The position numbers and the translations under genes are program-made. From Candidatus Omnitrophota bacterium (lineage in GTDB: Bacteria > Omnitrophota > Gorgyraeia > Gygaellales > Profunditerraquicolaceae): 64,000 bases of DNA. The stretch is from contig JALOCB010000003.1 in NCBI GenBank assembly GCA_023227985.1, positions 5,260 through 69,259 on the forward strand. The letters run 5' to 3'. Below, piece after piece: positions 1 to 10,900 of this stretch. Below the pieces are notes generated by a model that was given only the letters and a program-made list of their open reading frames with translations, was not told where the DNA came from and did no database searches. Positions within the stretch are counted from its first letter, which is position 1. Each line of letters opens with the position of its first letter.

Positions 1-3
1 AGA

Positions 4-3000
4 ATGATCCAGCGTCTGGCTATTAATAATGGTACTGCCCACGGCAATAACTATGACGCTGACGGTAAACTTATTGAAACACAGATGAATTTGAAGATGA
101 CCGCGGCGATCGCCGAAGTTATTAAGGCGTATGGTATACAGATAGTCCAGCACGGCGTGACCGGAACGCCTATTAAAAATCTCCAGGCATTGCGTAATGT
201 CGGGATCAGGGCCGCTCATGTCGGGACCAATTGGCAGAATATTATTTGGGAAACTTTAGTTGCCCAGGCGCAGGCGGGTAATTCGACCGCTAAGTCCATA
301 GTAAACCGGATGATCGATGCGACTATCGCTAAGACTGCGGACGTGGAGAAGAAGTATAAAGTATCCGGCCGAAGCGCAGAAGCCAAGGATAGCGTTTATG
401 TCCCGGGAAAAGACAAGAACCTGGACAAGCTGATCGGTAAAGAATTAAAGATGGTATTAGGTGTTTTCAACGACGAGTTGGTTGCTCTTCCTGATGACTT
501 GATTGCCAAGATTGATGAGGCCACCGAAAAATCCGCTACCGAGCATATGCTGGGTTTCGGTTCTGACGGAACAGCCCAGATGGTAAAGGATGATTATGCG
601 GTTCAGGGGTTGGTTTATCCTGAAGATTTCTCCTCGATCAAAGGATTATATGCCTTTAAGGCGCTCGAAGGAACGGATAAGACGATTATGTGTTGTAATA
701 TACGTTCGCCTCTAAGCATTAGGGGTATTATGCGCGCGGCCCAAAAAACAGGCAGCGTGGTTATTTTTCAGCAGGCAATGAGCGAATTCGATTATACCTG
801 GAAAGGCGGCTATGCCCCGGAGAATGCGGCTAAGCTTGCCCGTAATATCAAAGAAGCTGCAAAAAAAGAAAATTTCCACGATTTCATGATTAAGGGCGAT
901 CATCTTACGGTTAAAGTTGATGATGCTTTCTTGAAGGATAAGGCGGCGCAGGATGCTGTTGCTGTGGTATTTGAGAAAATATTGGATGAACAGGATGTTT
1001 CCAAGCGGGAAGCATTGTTCAACGCTGCATCCAAAGACGAAGTTCTTTTAGCCAATGCCGGCGTAGCTAAAGCAATGAAAGCGGTAAATAAGGCTATGAC
1101 CTTGATCAAAGAAGAAGTTGCTTCGGATTTCACTGTTTTTGCTTTAGACGCGTCATTTATGCCTACCAGGCTTAATGTCCTGGTCAGCGCTTACCTGGCG
1201 GGGTTTATTCCCCAGGATGCAGGTTTGGAAGCTGAAGTTGGCGAGATTGGCGGAAAAGAAAATTCCACGGTTGCCGACGCGTTGGAATTCATTACCGGTA
1301 TCAGGTTCAAGGAAGAGGTTGTGGTCAGCCAGGGAGTGAAATATTCTCAGCTGGTCGGTCCGAGAAGGATCGGTGTTCTTACCGGCGGCGGACCTGCTTC
1401 CGGGCATAACGCGGTGATCGCGGCAATGGTCCGCGAAGCGGAGCAGCGGGGGATCGAGATCGTGGCTATCCCTGAAGGTTGGGCTGGTTTGACCAAGGAT
1501 GAAGTAGCCGCGCAAGCCAAGGTTATAACTATTAAAGATGTGGAAAAGTGGGGGAAGAAAGGCGGCACAATGCTGGGGACCAGCCGCACCAATCCGTATA
1601 AGAAAGAAGGGGACGCCCAGAAGGTTTGGGATAATATCCAGAAGTTAAAGCTTGACGGTCTGGTAACTCTCGGCGGTGATGATACCAACGGGGTTACTTC
1701 CAAACTGCAAAAAGAACATCCGGATTACTTATTCATTGGTCTGCCTAAGACCATGGATAATGATATAGCGCTTCCGGAGAGTGACGCGCAGACCTATGGT
1801 TTTGACAGCTTTACCGTCAAGGCCTCTGAATCGTTCGAGGCTGGAAAGATTGACGCGCAATCTACCCATAGGATACTGATCGCTGAAGTTTTTGGAAGGG
1901 CGGCCGGATTCGTTTCTGCGCGTATCGGGGCCAATATAGGGGCTACCCGCACACTGATCCCTGAAGAATTGGTTGATCTTTCAAAGTTAGTCGAGGATCT
2001 GCGCAGCTATTATAAGAATAATAAATACGGGGTTGTTGTGGTTGCCGAAGGGGCAAGCGTCAATGTTGATGGTTTCAAACTGGATGAAAACGGGGAATTG
2101 ACAGTTGTTAAGCCCGAAGACCCGGATGTAAAATTGTTGCTGGCCGCATTTAAGAGCGATCCTATGGCCAAAGCGGCTTTTATCAAGTCTATGAAAGCCG
2201 AGATGGATGATTTTGGCCACAAAAAACTGGAGAATGTCGGTCTTATTGTCGCAGCTGTGGTAAAAACCGCGTTAAAGGCGGATAAGATCGATATTAGCTT
2301 CGCCGGTAAAGCGGATTATCTTTTTCGCTCCGCCGATGTTTCCAAATTGGACGCTGAAATGACCACTATGCTGGGGAAGGCCGCTGTGGAGAAGATCGCG
2401 GATATCCAGAATGATCAGTTGCTTTACGCTTACAAGGGGCAGATTAAATCCATACCGTTTGCCCGGGAATTAGGCGGAAGGGTCCTGGATTACAAAGGCG
2501 CCCATAAAGATGAATATATGTTGGCCAACCTGGCGCTTATTGATGAAAAAACTGAAATAACGCTTTCGGATGCATCGGTTAATGAGGACTTGTTCCAGGC
2601 AGCGGTTAGAAACTTAAAAGGACTTAACCCGGGCGAATTAATGACTCTGAGTTTTTCGGAGATGAAGGTTTTGTTATGGAAGCTTAATAGCCTTGATCAA
2701 GAAACCGGGGACAATCAGGAAGTAGTTCAGTCTGTCAGAAGGATTCTGCATAGGATAGACGACAGGCAGATAGAACAGGTCAAGAAATTTGCCAATATCG
2801 GCGTGTTTGCCCGAGAAAATACTGCGTATAACCTGGAATCAGTGCTTAAGGATGACAATATCCTGGTTATCGCGGCTAACGCGCTTATTTTTCGCGCCGG
2901 AGCCTTTGCCGAATTCTATCATAATTGGGAGCCGGGAGTTAACCTCGCGGCGATCAAGTCTATGAAAGGCGGCAAAGAAGCTACTGCCGAGGAATTTGTC

Positions 3001-4767
3001 CGGCAGAACAGCCGTTATAACGGACCTTTTAGCCCGTATCAGTTAAAAGGTTTGCGCGTGCTTAAGGATGAACGCCGGGTGATTGATGGTGTCGCTGTTA
3101 ATTTCATTTTCGTGCCCGCGGATAAGAATATCGGAAGGCCGGATATCAAGATACCATATTTCGGCCCGGAAACAACTAACCAGCAGGTGCTTGATACTAT
3201 GAAGGCCTTAGGTTTAGAGTTGGATGTCATGGCCTATTACGGCCCGACCAGCGAAACGGTTCAGCCCAGGATATTCAAGGAGTTCATTGAGGCTGGATTG
3301 CCTGTTGTAGCAGCTTCTCCGGTCAACACCGACGCTGTAAAAAATATGCTCAAAGCTAAGTTTCAGCAGGAAGGTGTTGCGGATGATATGCTGGATGAAG
3401 CGGTGAGTAAGGCTTTTAAGGAAGGTTTGTATTCCGCTACCCGTAAAGAAATCGGCGCGGATGTCAAGATCGTGGATACTTTAAGCTGCACTTCCAATGC
3501 CATGATTTCGGTTATTAAAGCAATGTGGGATAAGTTCGGTATCGATCATGGTACCGGCCTGACTATTCATTCCCAGACTGATTCCAATGAGACTTTCCCG
3601 ATGAAAAGCGGCAGGGCCAGGGATCCCCTGGATATCGCCCGCGGCGATTCCATCCGTGACAACATAATCCCTGCTTCAACCGGCGCAAAAAAGAACCTCT
3701 TTAAGATGATCCCGGAATTAAAAGGCAGGTTCGAGATCACCGCTGTTCGCACCGGTACTGTTTCGGCTTCGACCTGGGAGATGACCATGGACCTTAAGAC
3801 TGAAGTGACCAGGGATGATGTCCTTGCGGCTTTAAAGGATTTCGCCCTGAATAAGACCGACGGGGTGGTGAAATTTCACGAAGGAGACCCGGACAGGAAT
3901 CCCGGGCCTCTGGACGCCAACGCCGTGGTCGGCTGGAATAATGTTTCTATTATCGACAGTTTATTGATCAATGTTCTGGATAATAAGAAAACAGTGACTA
4001 TTAAAGGTTTGTATGATAACCAATCAGCGGCGCCGAATCAAATGGTTTCTAAATGGTCGCCGTGGATGGTTGACGGTTTAAGGCTGCGCCAGATAGTCGG
4101 CGAAAAGAACAGCAAAAAGCTGAACAAAGCCGAAGCTGTAGCGTATGCCAAACTCAACGCCGGTTATGCCGGCCTGCTTAAAGCCGTAAGCGCGGTAAAA
4201 ACCAGCGGAGCTCTGGTGGTCAGCGCTGACGTGGTCTTAAAGAACGCCGGGACGCTTTCATCGCTCAAAGCCTTGAAAGAATCAGGCGCTCTTATTGAGA
4301 TCATTGTCCAGGCGAACAACAAGGCTGTCGCTGATAAAATGGTATCAATGGGCGTTGAACAATTCGCGAGCATTCAGTTCAAGCAGGTTAACGCGATAGT
4401 AGAAGAGTTGAATACCAAAGGTATAACTGATGAAAGAATAGTAGTGCTTAAGACCAAAGCTGAATCGAAAGAAGAAGTCAAGAATACCGTCAAGGTGGTC
4501 AATGTCGGCGAAGCTAAAGTCGCCGAATCTTCTGTTAATGCCATGTCGATAGCAGTGGCAAAGGCAGTAACCACCGTGTTGCAGGATAATACGGAGGTTG
4601 TTGATCAATATCAGCAGATGGCGAAGAATTACGCCGAAGCTAACGACGTCGAGCTAAGCAAACTGGAAGATCTGACCAGCCAGATCTCGGATATGCCGCT
4701 GGTTAAGGTGAGCGAAGAAGTGGTCAAGGCTCAGGTTACTTACGAAGAAACTGTAAACAAGATCTAA
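4..4767 (+). CDS. Giant multidomain glycolytic fusion protein, 5'-partial (N-terminus lies upstream of the window). Domains in order: class II aldolase C-fragment, complete class II fructose/tagatose-bisphosphate aldolase, PPi-type phosphofructokinase, about 100 aa unassigned, divergent GAPDH, shared C-terminal module.
   Basis: The first ~95 aa match an aldolase C-fragment (GTAHG, IVQHGVTG, VGIRAAHVGTNWQ). Aldolase motifs: EAEVGEIGGKEN, SPLSIRGIMRAAQKTGSVVIFQ. PFK motifs: GVLTGGGPASGHNAV, LGGDDTNG, PKTMDNDI, EVFGRAAGF. GAPDH motifs: LSCTSNAMISVIKAM, TIHSQTDSNE, RGDSIRDNIIPASTGAKKNLFKMIPELKGRFEITAVRTG. C-terminal ~190 aa are near-identical in layout to the ORF2 C-terminus. Confidence 0.8.
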   Translation: MIQRLAINNGTAHGNNYDADGKLIETQMNLKMTAAIAEVIKAYGIQIVQHGVTGTPIKNLQALRNVGIRAAHVGTNWQNIIWETLVAQAQAGNSTAKSIVNRMIDATIAKTADVEKKYKVSGRSAEAKDSVYVPGKDKNLDKLIGKELKMVLGVFNDELVALPDDLIAKIDEATEKSATEHMLGFGSDGTAQMVKDDYAVQGLVYPEDFSSIKGLYAFKALEGTDKTIMCCNIRSPLSIRGIMRAAQKTGSVVIFQQAMSEFDYTWKGGYAPENAAKLARNIKEAAKKENFHDFMIKGDHLTVKVDDAFLKDKAAQDAVAVVFEKILDEQDVSKREALFNAASKDEVLLANAGVAKAMKAVNKAMTLIKEEVASDFTVFALDASFMPTRLNVLVSAYLAGFIPQDAGLEAEVGEIGGKENSTVADALEFITGIRFKEEVVVSQGVKYSQLVGPRRIGVLTGGGPASGHNAVIAAMVREAEQRGIEIVAIPEGWAGLTKDEVAAQAKVITIKDVEKWGKKGGTMLGTSRTNPYKKEGDAQKVWDNIQKLKLDGLVTLGGDDTNGVTSKLQKEHPDYLFIGLPKTMDNDIALPESDAQTYGFDSFTVKASESFEAGKIDAQSTHRILIAEVFGRAAGFVSARIGANIGATRTLIPEELVDLSKLVEDLRSYYKNNKYGVVVVAEGASVNVDGFKLDENGELTVVKPEDPDVKLLLAAFKSDPMAKAAFIKSMKAEMDDFGHKKLENVGLIVAAVVKTALKADKIDISFAGKADYLFRSADVSKLDAEMTTMLGKAAVEKIADIQNDQLLYAYKGQIKSIPFARELGGRVLDYKGAHKDEYMLANLALIDEKTEITLSDASVNEDLFQAAVRNLKGLNPGELMTLSFSEMKVLLWKLNSLDQETGDNQEVVQSVRRILHRIDDRQIEQVKKFANIGVFARENTAYNLESVLKDDNILVIAANALIFRAGAFAEFYHNWEPGVNLAAIKSMKGGKEATAEEFVRQNSRYNGPFSPYQLKGLRVLKDERRVIDGVAVNFIFVPADKNIGRPDIKIPYFGPETTNQQVLDTMKALGLELDVMAYYGPTSETVQPRIFKEFIEAGLPVVAASPVNTDAVKNMLKAKFQQEGVADDMLDEAVSKAFKEGLYSATRKEIGADVKIVDTLSCTSNAMISVIKAMWDKFGIDHGTGLTIHSQTDSNETFPMKSGRARDPLDIARGDSIRDNIIPASTGAKKNLFKMIPELKGRFEITAVRTGTVSASTWEMTMDLKTEVTRDDVLAALKDFALNKTDGVVKFHEGDPDRNPGPLDANAVVGWNNVSIIDSLLINVLDNKKTVTIKGLYDNQSAAPNQMVSKWSPWMVDGLRLRQIVGEKNSKKLNKAEAVAYAKLNAGYAGLLKAVSAVKTSGALVVSADVVLKNAGTLSSLKALKESGALIEIIVQANNKAVADKMVSMGVEQFASIQFKQVNAIVEELNTKGITDERIVVLKTKAESKEEVKNTVKVVNVGEAKVAESSVNAMSIAVAKAVTTVLQDNTEVVDQYQQMAKNYAEANDVELSKLEDLTSQISDMPLVKVSEEVVKAQVTYEETVNKI

Positions 4768-4773
4768 CATTCT

Positions 4774-4828
4774 CAAGACCCGGTCTTGCATCCCAATGAG
4801 TCCTAATGGGTTGCAAGACCGGGTCTTG
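4774..4828. repeat. Paired 15-bp GC-rich palindromes forming a ~55-bp imperfect inverted repeat between megagene 1 and megagene 2. First copy CAAGACCCGGTCTTG at 4774-4788, second copy CAAGACCGGGTCTTG at 4814-4828. Candidate transcript-processing, attenuator or REP-like hairpin.
   Basis: Read directly. The two 15-mers are reverse complements of each other and flank the partial palindrome CCCAATGAG-TCC-TAATGGG. The same 15-mer recurs at 12744-12758. Confidence 0.6.
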
Positions 4829-4925
4829 AACATGTCTTTATATGAATAAGATAAATCCGTTTCAATTTAAAAACCGCAACAGGCAGAAGTTGTAATTTAA
4901 TTCAAATCATCAACCGGAGGGAAAA

Positions 4926-7900
4926 ATGTTCGTAAGGTTATCCCAAAACAACCTGTTCAGGAAGATCGTCGGCATTCTTATTCTTTTACAATTTTCAGCC
5001 GGTTTTGCCGTGATTAGGGGTTATGCTGCTCCCGGAAATTTGCGGCCTGCCGCCGTCAAACAGGATGGTTCCCGGTCCGGGACTATCCAGAATTCGCTTG
5101 ACGCGGCCAGCCTGGATAAGGTTATAAAAACCCCGGTCATTCATAAGGACGGCGGTATAACCGGCCAGGATGTTTTTAAGAATATCCTTGGCGAATACCG
5201 TGTTTCCTCCACGATAAACAATCTCGCTTTCGGGACGTTCGTCCAGGGGCAGATCGACCTTAGTTCGGTTCAGAACCGGGAAGCGCTGGTCAATAATTTC
5301 GGGGAGATTAAGAGCAAAGATCGTTTTTTTACCCTTGAATACGCGGGAATTCCGCTTGCCCTGGTCAAGAAGGCCGAAACCGGAGAAATTACCGTCAAGA
5401 AAGTAGTCGAAGACATTGCTTCGATCCCGCTCAACATCCTTTCCGACAATGCCGAAAAGCTCAAAACCGAAGGTGTTACTTCCTCGGATATCCTGGTCCG
5501 CGATTTTCTTATCCTTGAAAAAAGGTCGCGTATCGACATCACTCAGTGCATGACCGTAGAGTTTGGCGAGCTGCGCGACTACGTATACAATCTGGCTAAA
5601 AATGTCGGCCAGGAAAAGGCACTGGAGATGGCATCGGCGTTTGCGGGTAAGGCTACCGTTGACGAGGCTATGGCGGAAGTCGGCGAGAAAGCTAAGCAGT
5701 TAGGCCGCGACCAAGCGAAGGACACAGGTCTGGCGCTGGCCGGCGGTAAGGGTTTGAGCCTTTCGGTCATGAGCCGCGTGGTTGACGTGCCGCCTGGTTT
5801 GAACGTTACTACTACCGCGTATTTTAAGTTCGTCAAAGATAATAAACAGGTCTGGGAGAAGATCTTTAATGAGCTGCAGACCTTGGATACTATGGATGAC
5901 CAGAAGCGCGACGTTGTCACTTCGGAGATCCGCGATGTCATTAAAAGCGCGCCGATACCCGAAGACATCAAGGCTGAGGTAACAGCAATGTACCACCAGC
6001 TAAGCGTTATCCGTTTTCTTGCCGGTAAACCTTCGCCCGCTCCGGTGGCTGTCCGCTCTTCCGGCACCAAAGAGGATATTCACGTTAAAACCTGGCTGCC
6101 GGTTTCCACCGGTTCCCAGGCCGGCCAGTCGGATACATTCCTTAATGTTAAGGGCGAACGGGATGTCCTGGATAAATTACGCGCCGATTGGGCGTCTTTA
6201 TTTACCGATCGCGCGGTCAGCTACCGTGATGACGCCACCTTCTTGCAGTTCTCTGGAGCCATCGATTTTAACGGTAAGACTTCTCAGGATGTCTATTGGG
6301 GGATCGTGGCGAAGCTTCGGGAATACTCCAAGAAACTGGATAAGCCTGAATATAACGTGTACGCTGACTTAATGAGTAAAGTCACCAGCCCTAACCCTGG
6401 GTCGGTGAGCCTGATGAACGCCATGGAGGAGATCCTGAGACAGGAATCGAATCCGGAGATGTCCAATGCCCTTGCCGTTCTGAAGAAGAAAGCAGAGGAG
6501 GTTGTGCATCCCGAACAGATCGGTATCGACGTTGTGATCATGCAGATGGCTAAGAGTTATCTTGCCGGCGTGCTTTTTACCGTCAATCCGGCGACCAAGA
6601 TGGCCGGTGTGGCCCAGTCGTTATACAAGTCATGGTATATGGGTGATGATTCGCTCGTGTACCGCGACGCGAAGACCGATATTATCCAGGGAACCAGGCC
6701 CATAGTGGTGAGCTTTGATGTGGCCTTCGGCTACGGCGAGAACGTAGTCGGCGGCAAGGTAAACCCGGACAAGTTCATTATGGGCACCTACGACGGCGAG
6801 AGCTGGTTTGTTATCGAGAAAAGCAAAGGCAATAAACTTATTCAGATGAAGGACGTGGAAGAAGTCATCGATCTCCTCAAAGACAAGATATCGGAAAAGG
6901 GCCAGCGGCAGCTCGCTATGACCGTGAAAGACGCGATCGCGTATGATGAGGTCGGCAAGCGGATCAACGGCATTATGGCGACCAAACTCTACGGTATCAA
7001 GTATCTTAAGGCGCTTGAGGGTAAAGAGGAAAGCGATAAAGACAAGAAGGCCCGCGTACAGGCTATCGCCAATGAGATTGCCGACATGGTCAAGAATAAG
7101 GTTTCCGAGGATGAAGTTGTCGCGTTCATCAAGGGTAACTTTGAGGTCGTTAACCGGAAGGGCTATAAAGGCATTCAGGAAATGGCGCTTTCGGGAGTGG
7201 TCAGGGAAGTGTTTGAGAAAGTCCAACAGGCCCAGGCTGAGACCGACCGGGGTATGTTTAAACTCTCAAAGCAGCTCGGCGATATGGGAAAGGCCGATAC
7301 GCTTATCCATATGATCAAGGAGGTTTGGGAGAATAAGGAATTTACTCTTTCCGACCGCCAGGCGATTCTTGACAAACTGAACCTTACCAACCAGGAATTG
7401 CGTAATATGAGTTACCTTATCCGCGCGCTGGTGGATAATAGCTTTACTTCAAATTATGAGACTACTTTAACCCACCAGGATACCTTTACTATGACCGATG
7501 ATCAGGCCCAGTATGTGGCGCGTATGGGTTGGGCGATCACCGAATATTATAAGGATGCCCGAGATATAGAGTATGCCATCGAGATAGATAAAACCGCTTC
7601 TTCCGACAAAGCGGTGAGGCTTTACGTTGTGGACGACCTGGGCAATGTCCAGGGAATGGACAATAATGGCAACCTGGTAACGGTGAAGTCCGAAAAGGAT
7701 AAAGCGCGTATAAAAGAAGCGAAGCTGCGCCTGTATAACGTGCAGGCCCGTCCGTATACCGCGGAATACTTGAAGGTGGATGTAATGCGCGCCCGGACCG
7801 AAGCGGATGAAAAGTGGCTTGAGGAGAATTCTCCTAAAGCGATTGCCAGCGGGACTAAGGGAGAGAACGCGACGCAGGGTTATGTGCTGGTGTTCGATCC

Positions 7901-10900
7901 TAACAAAGACGTTGCCTGGCACGCGGACCAGATCCGTCGTTTGAAAGCCGGAGATTTTACTGCGGAGGAAAAAGCCCAGATCATGGCTATGGGGTTTAAT
8001 CCCGAAGAGTATGGTTCAGGCAAAGAAAAGCAATTGTCGGTTATTCTTTATCTGCTTGAAGCTGACCCGAATCATGATCCGATCATGCGCCTGGTTGATT
8101 CGGTTGTTACTATCCGCGGCGGCGATACCTGCCACGCGGCTATCTTTTGCCGTGAACAAGGGATCCCTGCGGTCACCGGCGCGGGCAAGGTTATACTCAA
8201 CGGCCAATTGCTTAAGACCGGTGACGCGGTTACCGTTGATGCTAATAACGGGAATATTTACGAAATGCCCGCTGATGCCGGAGCGCGCATTCCGATCAAC
8301 TACGTGAAATTCAAGATTAAACCGTATGGCATCCCCGGCGACGACGACAATATGCCGTATCCGGGCATCGGCCAGATCATCGCCGCGGCAAGTGCCGCTC
8401 AGCAGAACTCGCCTATTATGCTTGCGGTTGACGCGGTCGGTAACTCGCTGACCCGCGCCGAGTTCAAAGGCGAAGAGATCGGTATCAACGTTTACGCCGG
8501 CTATGGCCATTATCTTTTACAGCAGATCAAGGCCGGAAAAATAAAGGAGCCAGTGAGGGTGCGTGTCCAGGAATTGATCCAGGGCAAGGTTCCCGGCGCA
8601 AAGAGGTTCGTGGACAATATTGAAAATGTTATGGCAGGCGCTTTTGCCAAGGATCCCGCCGCGCGTTCGGCATATCGCGACATTATGGGTAAGGATTTCA
8701 ATAAGGCGGATAGCCTGCAATTGCTGGAGTTTTTCGATTTGAAGAGCGACATTGAGCTGTATGGATTGGATGCGCTTAAACTGGTAAAACAGCAGGTTGA
8801 TATTCTTGATCTCGTTCCCCGGCTTCCGGAGAATATGTATCAGACGCTTGAATATCTTTATGGCGCCACTCAGCGCAGGCTCAACTATGATTATAATATT
8901 ATCGCCGATCTTCAGAACCATCCGTGGATACTGAAAGAAGTCGATTCTAAACTCGCGGAAAAGGGTTACGCGACGTTCAAGGAATACATCACTAACGAAT
9001 TCCTGTATTTTTACAATTTGATGGGTTTTACCATTGCGCCCGATCAGACCGCCAAGAACAGGGCTTACGATTTCGCCCAGGATAAGATCCGCGGCATGCC
9101 CGGTTCCGAGGTTTTTTCCTGGCCCGGAGTCAATCCGTTGGTCGGTTTGCGCGGTACGTCGTTGGAGATCGAGGCCTTTGACGAAGATTTCGGCGGCAAT
9201 CAGCTGGTATTGGATTTTCTTTTTGATTCCGTGATCCAGGCGCACCAGAATACCGGTAACCAAGCCTGGTTTTATGTGTTTGTCCGTTCTTCCCGGGAGT
9301 TAGAGACCCTGGATAAGATCATTGAGCACAAGGCTAAGCAGACCGGGAAGCTTCCGAAAGAGATCGGGATCATGATCGAAGTTCCCAGTGCCGCTTTGGT
9401 GGCTGATGAGCTTGCTGTTAAGATGTCCGAGATGGAGAAAAAATATAAGAAGTATGGCGTTGAGCATACTTTCTTTTCCTTCGGCACTAACGACTATTCG
9501 CATCTTGCTGGTATGGGTGACCGTGAAGACCCGCGAATGAAACTCAAGATTATGGATCCCGCAGCGATCGAAGCGATCGGCGAGATGAAAGCAGCGGGGT
9601 ATTATTATGATGATGCTGCTAAAGTGCTTCCGTTGATTGATGAAGGCGCTGATGTTATGCAGCAGCTTATGGAAACAGTGGTTGCTGCGGCTAATGGTTC
9701 AAGCGTGGCTACCTCGCTTTGCGGCGAGGCGATCACCGCCCTGGTTAACCGCGGGGATTATGAGACCGCAGGCAAGATAATGGCGCTTCTGGATTCTTTC
9801 GGCGTGAGCATGATGAAAGTCCGCCTCGCAGCTTCAATGACGCGCGTGGACACCATGGCGGCTACCAAAGGGATCACCATTCCGGAAGCCGGACGTTCGA
9901 TCCTGTTCGATTTGTCTGCCGGCGAGGTGAAACAGAAAAAGGGCGTCATCAAGGGCGAGATAATATTCGTTGATAATGCCGATGATCTCGTCCCGAACGT
10001 CCTTAAAGGCCTTCAGGGTCCGGAGCTGACGAAAAAGAAAGAGATGTTCAAGCTCCAGAGCCTGGAAAACGCCCGTTCGACTATGCGTACCTTCAATAAG
10101 ATCGTAATTATCACTAAAAACCTCGTTGCTCAGCAGGAGCCTGAGTTGGTCGCGGAGATGGGCAAAGCCGCATTCAGCAAGTTTGTCAATGACGGCCTGC
10201 TTAAAGATATCGGTAATGGGCAGTATGTCTGGACGAATCTGGGTGTAAAGACGGAGAAGTTCAACCAGGAATTGACAATTCAAGGTTTCTCTGAAAAAGA
10301 ACGTAAAGCTATTGAAGGTTTGTGGCAGAAGGCCTGGGATAACAGCATTGAAGGGCTTGAGCGCCGCGGAATTGATTGGGATGATCTACAATATGCCAAG
10401 GCTATAATCGTTGATGCGGACGTTAACCTTGATGGCTGGGATGTGTTCCGCAAGGACAAGAGTATTATTCCGACCCGTATCAAGGCTACGGTCAAAGGTA
10501 TAAGCTCCCGCCGTGCGGAGTTAGAAGGGCAATTGGCAACTATAGATTACGCCGCTAAGAAGGTCTACAAGGATTTTCTCAGCGTGGAAAAGATCGCTGC
10601 CGTCCTGCGCAGTCTTCCTATCCCAGCGGAAAAGCCTATGATAACTACGCAATCGGCTGTCGCGGAGAACGCCAACAGTGTATACCAGAAGATCGGGTAT
10701 CATCCTAAGCTCCTTCTTGCCTATGAGCGGAATGCTGTGAATGAACTTGGAAAGATATTCGAGGAATATGTAGGCAAGCTGGTTGAAGAAGTTGAAAAAG
10801 TTACTCAGGAGACCGACGTTCAGAAACGCGTATGGCTTTTACAGAAACTGCAGAATAAAGTTGGCGGGCTTGCGGAACCGATGATCAAATCGTTTATGAG

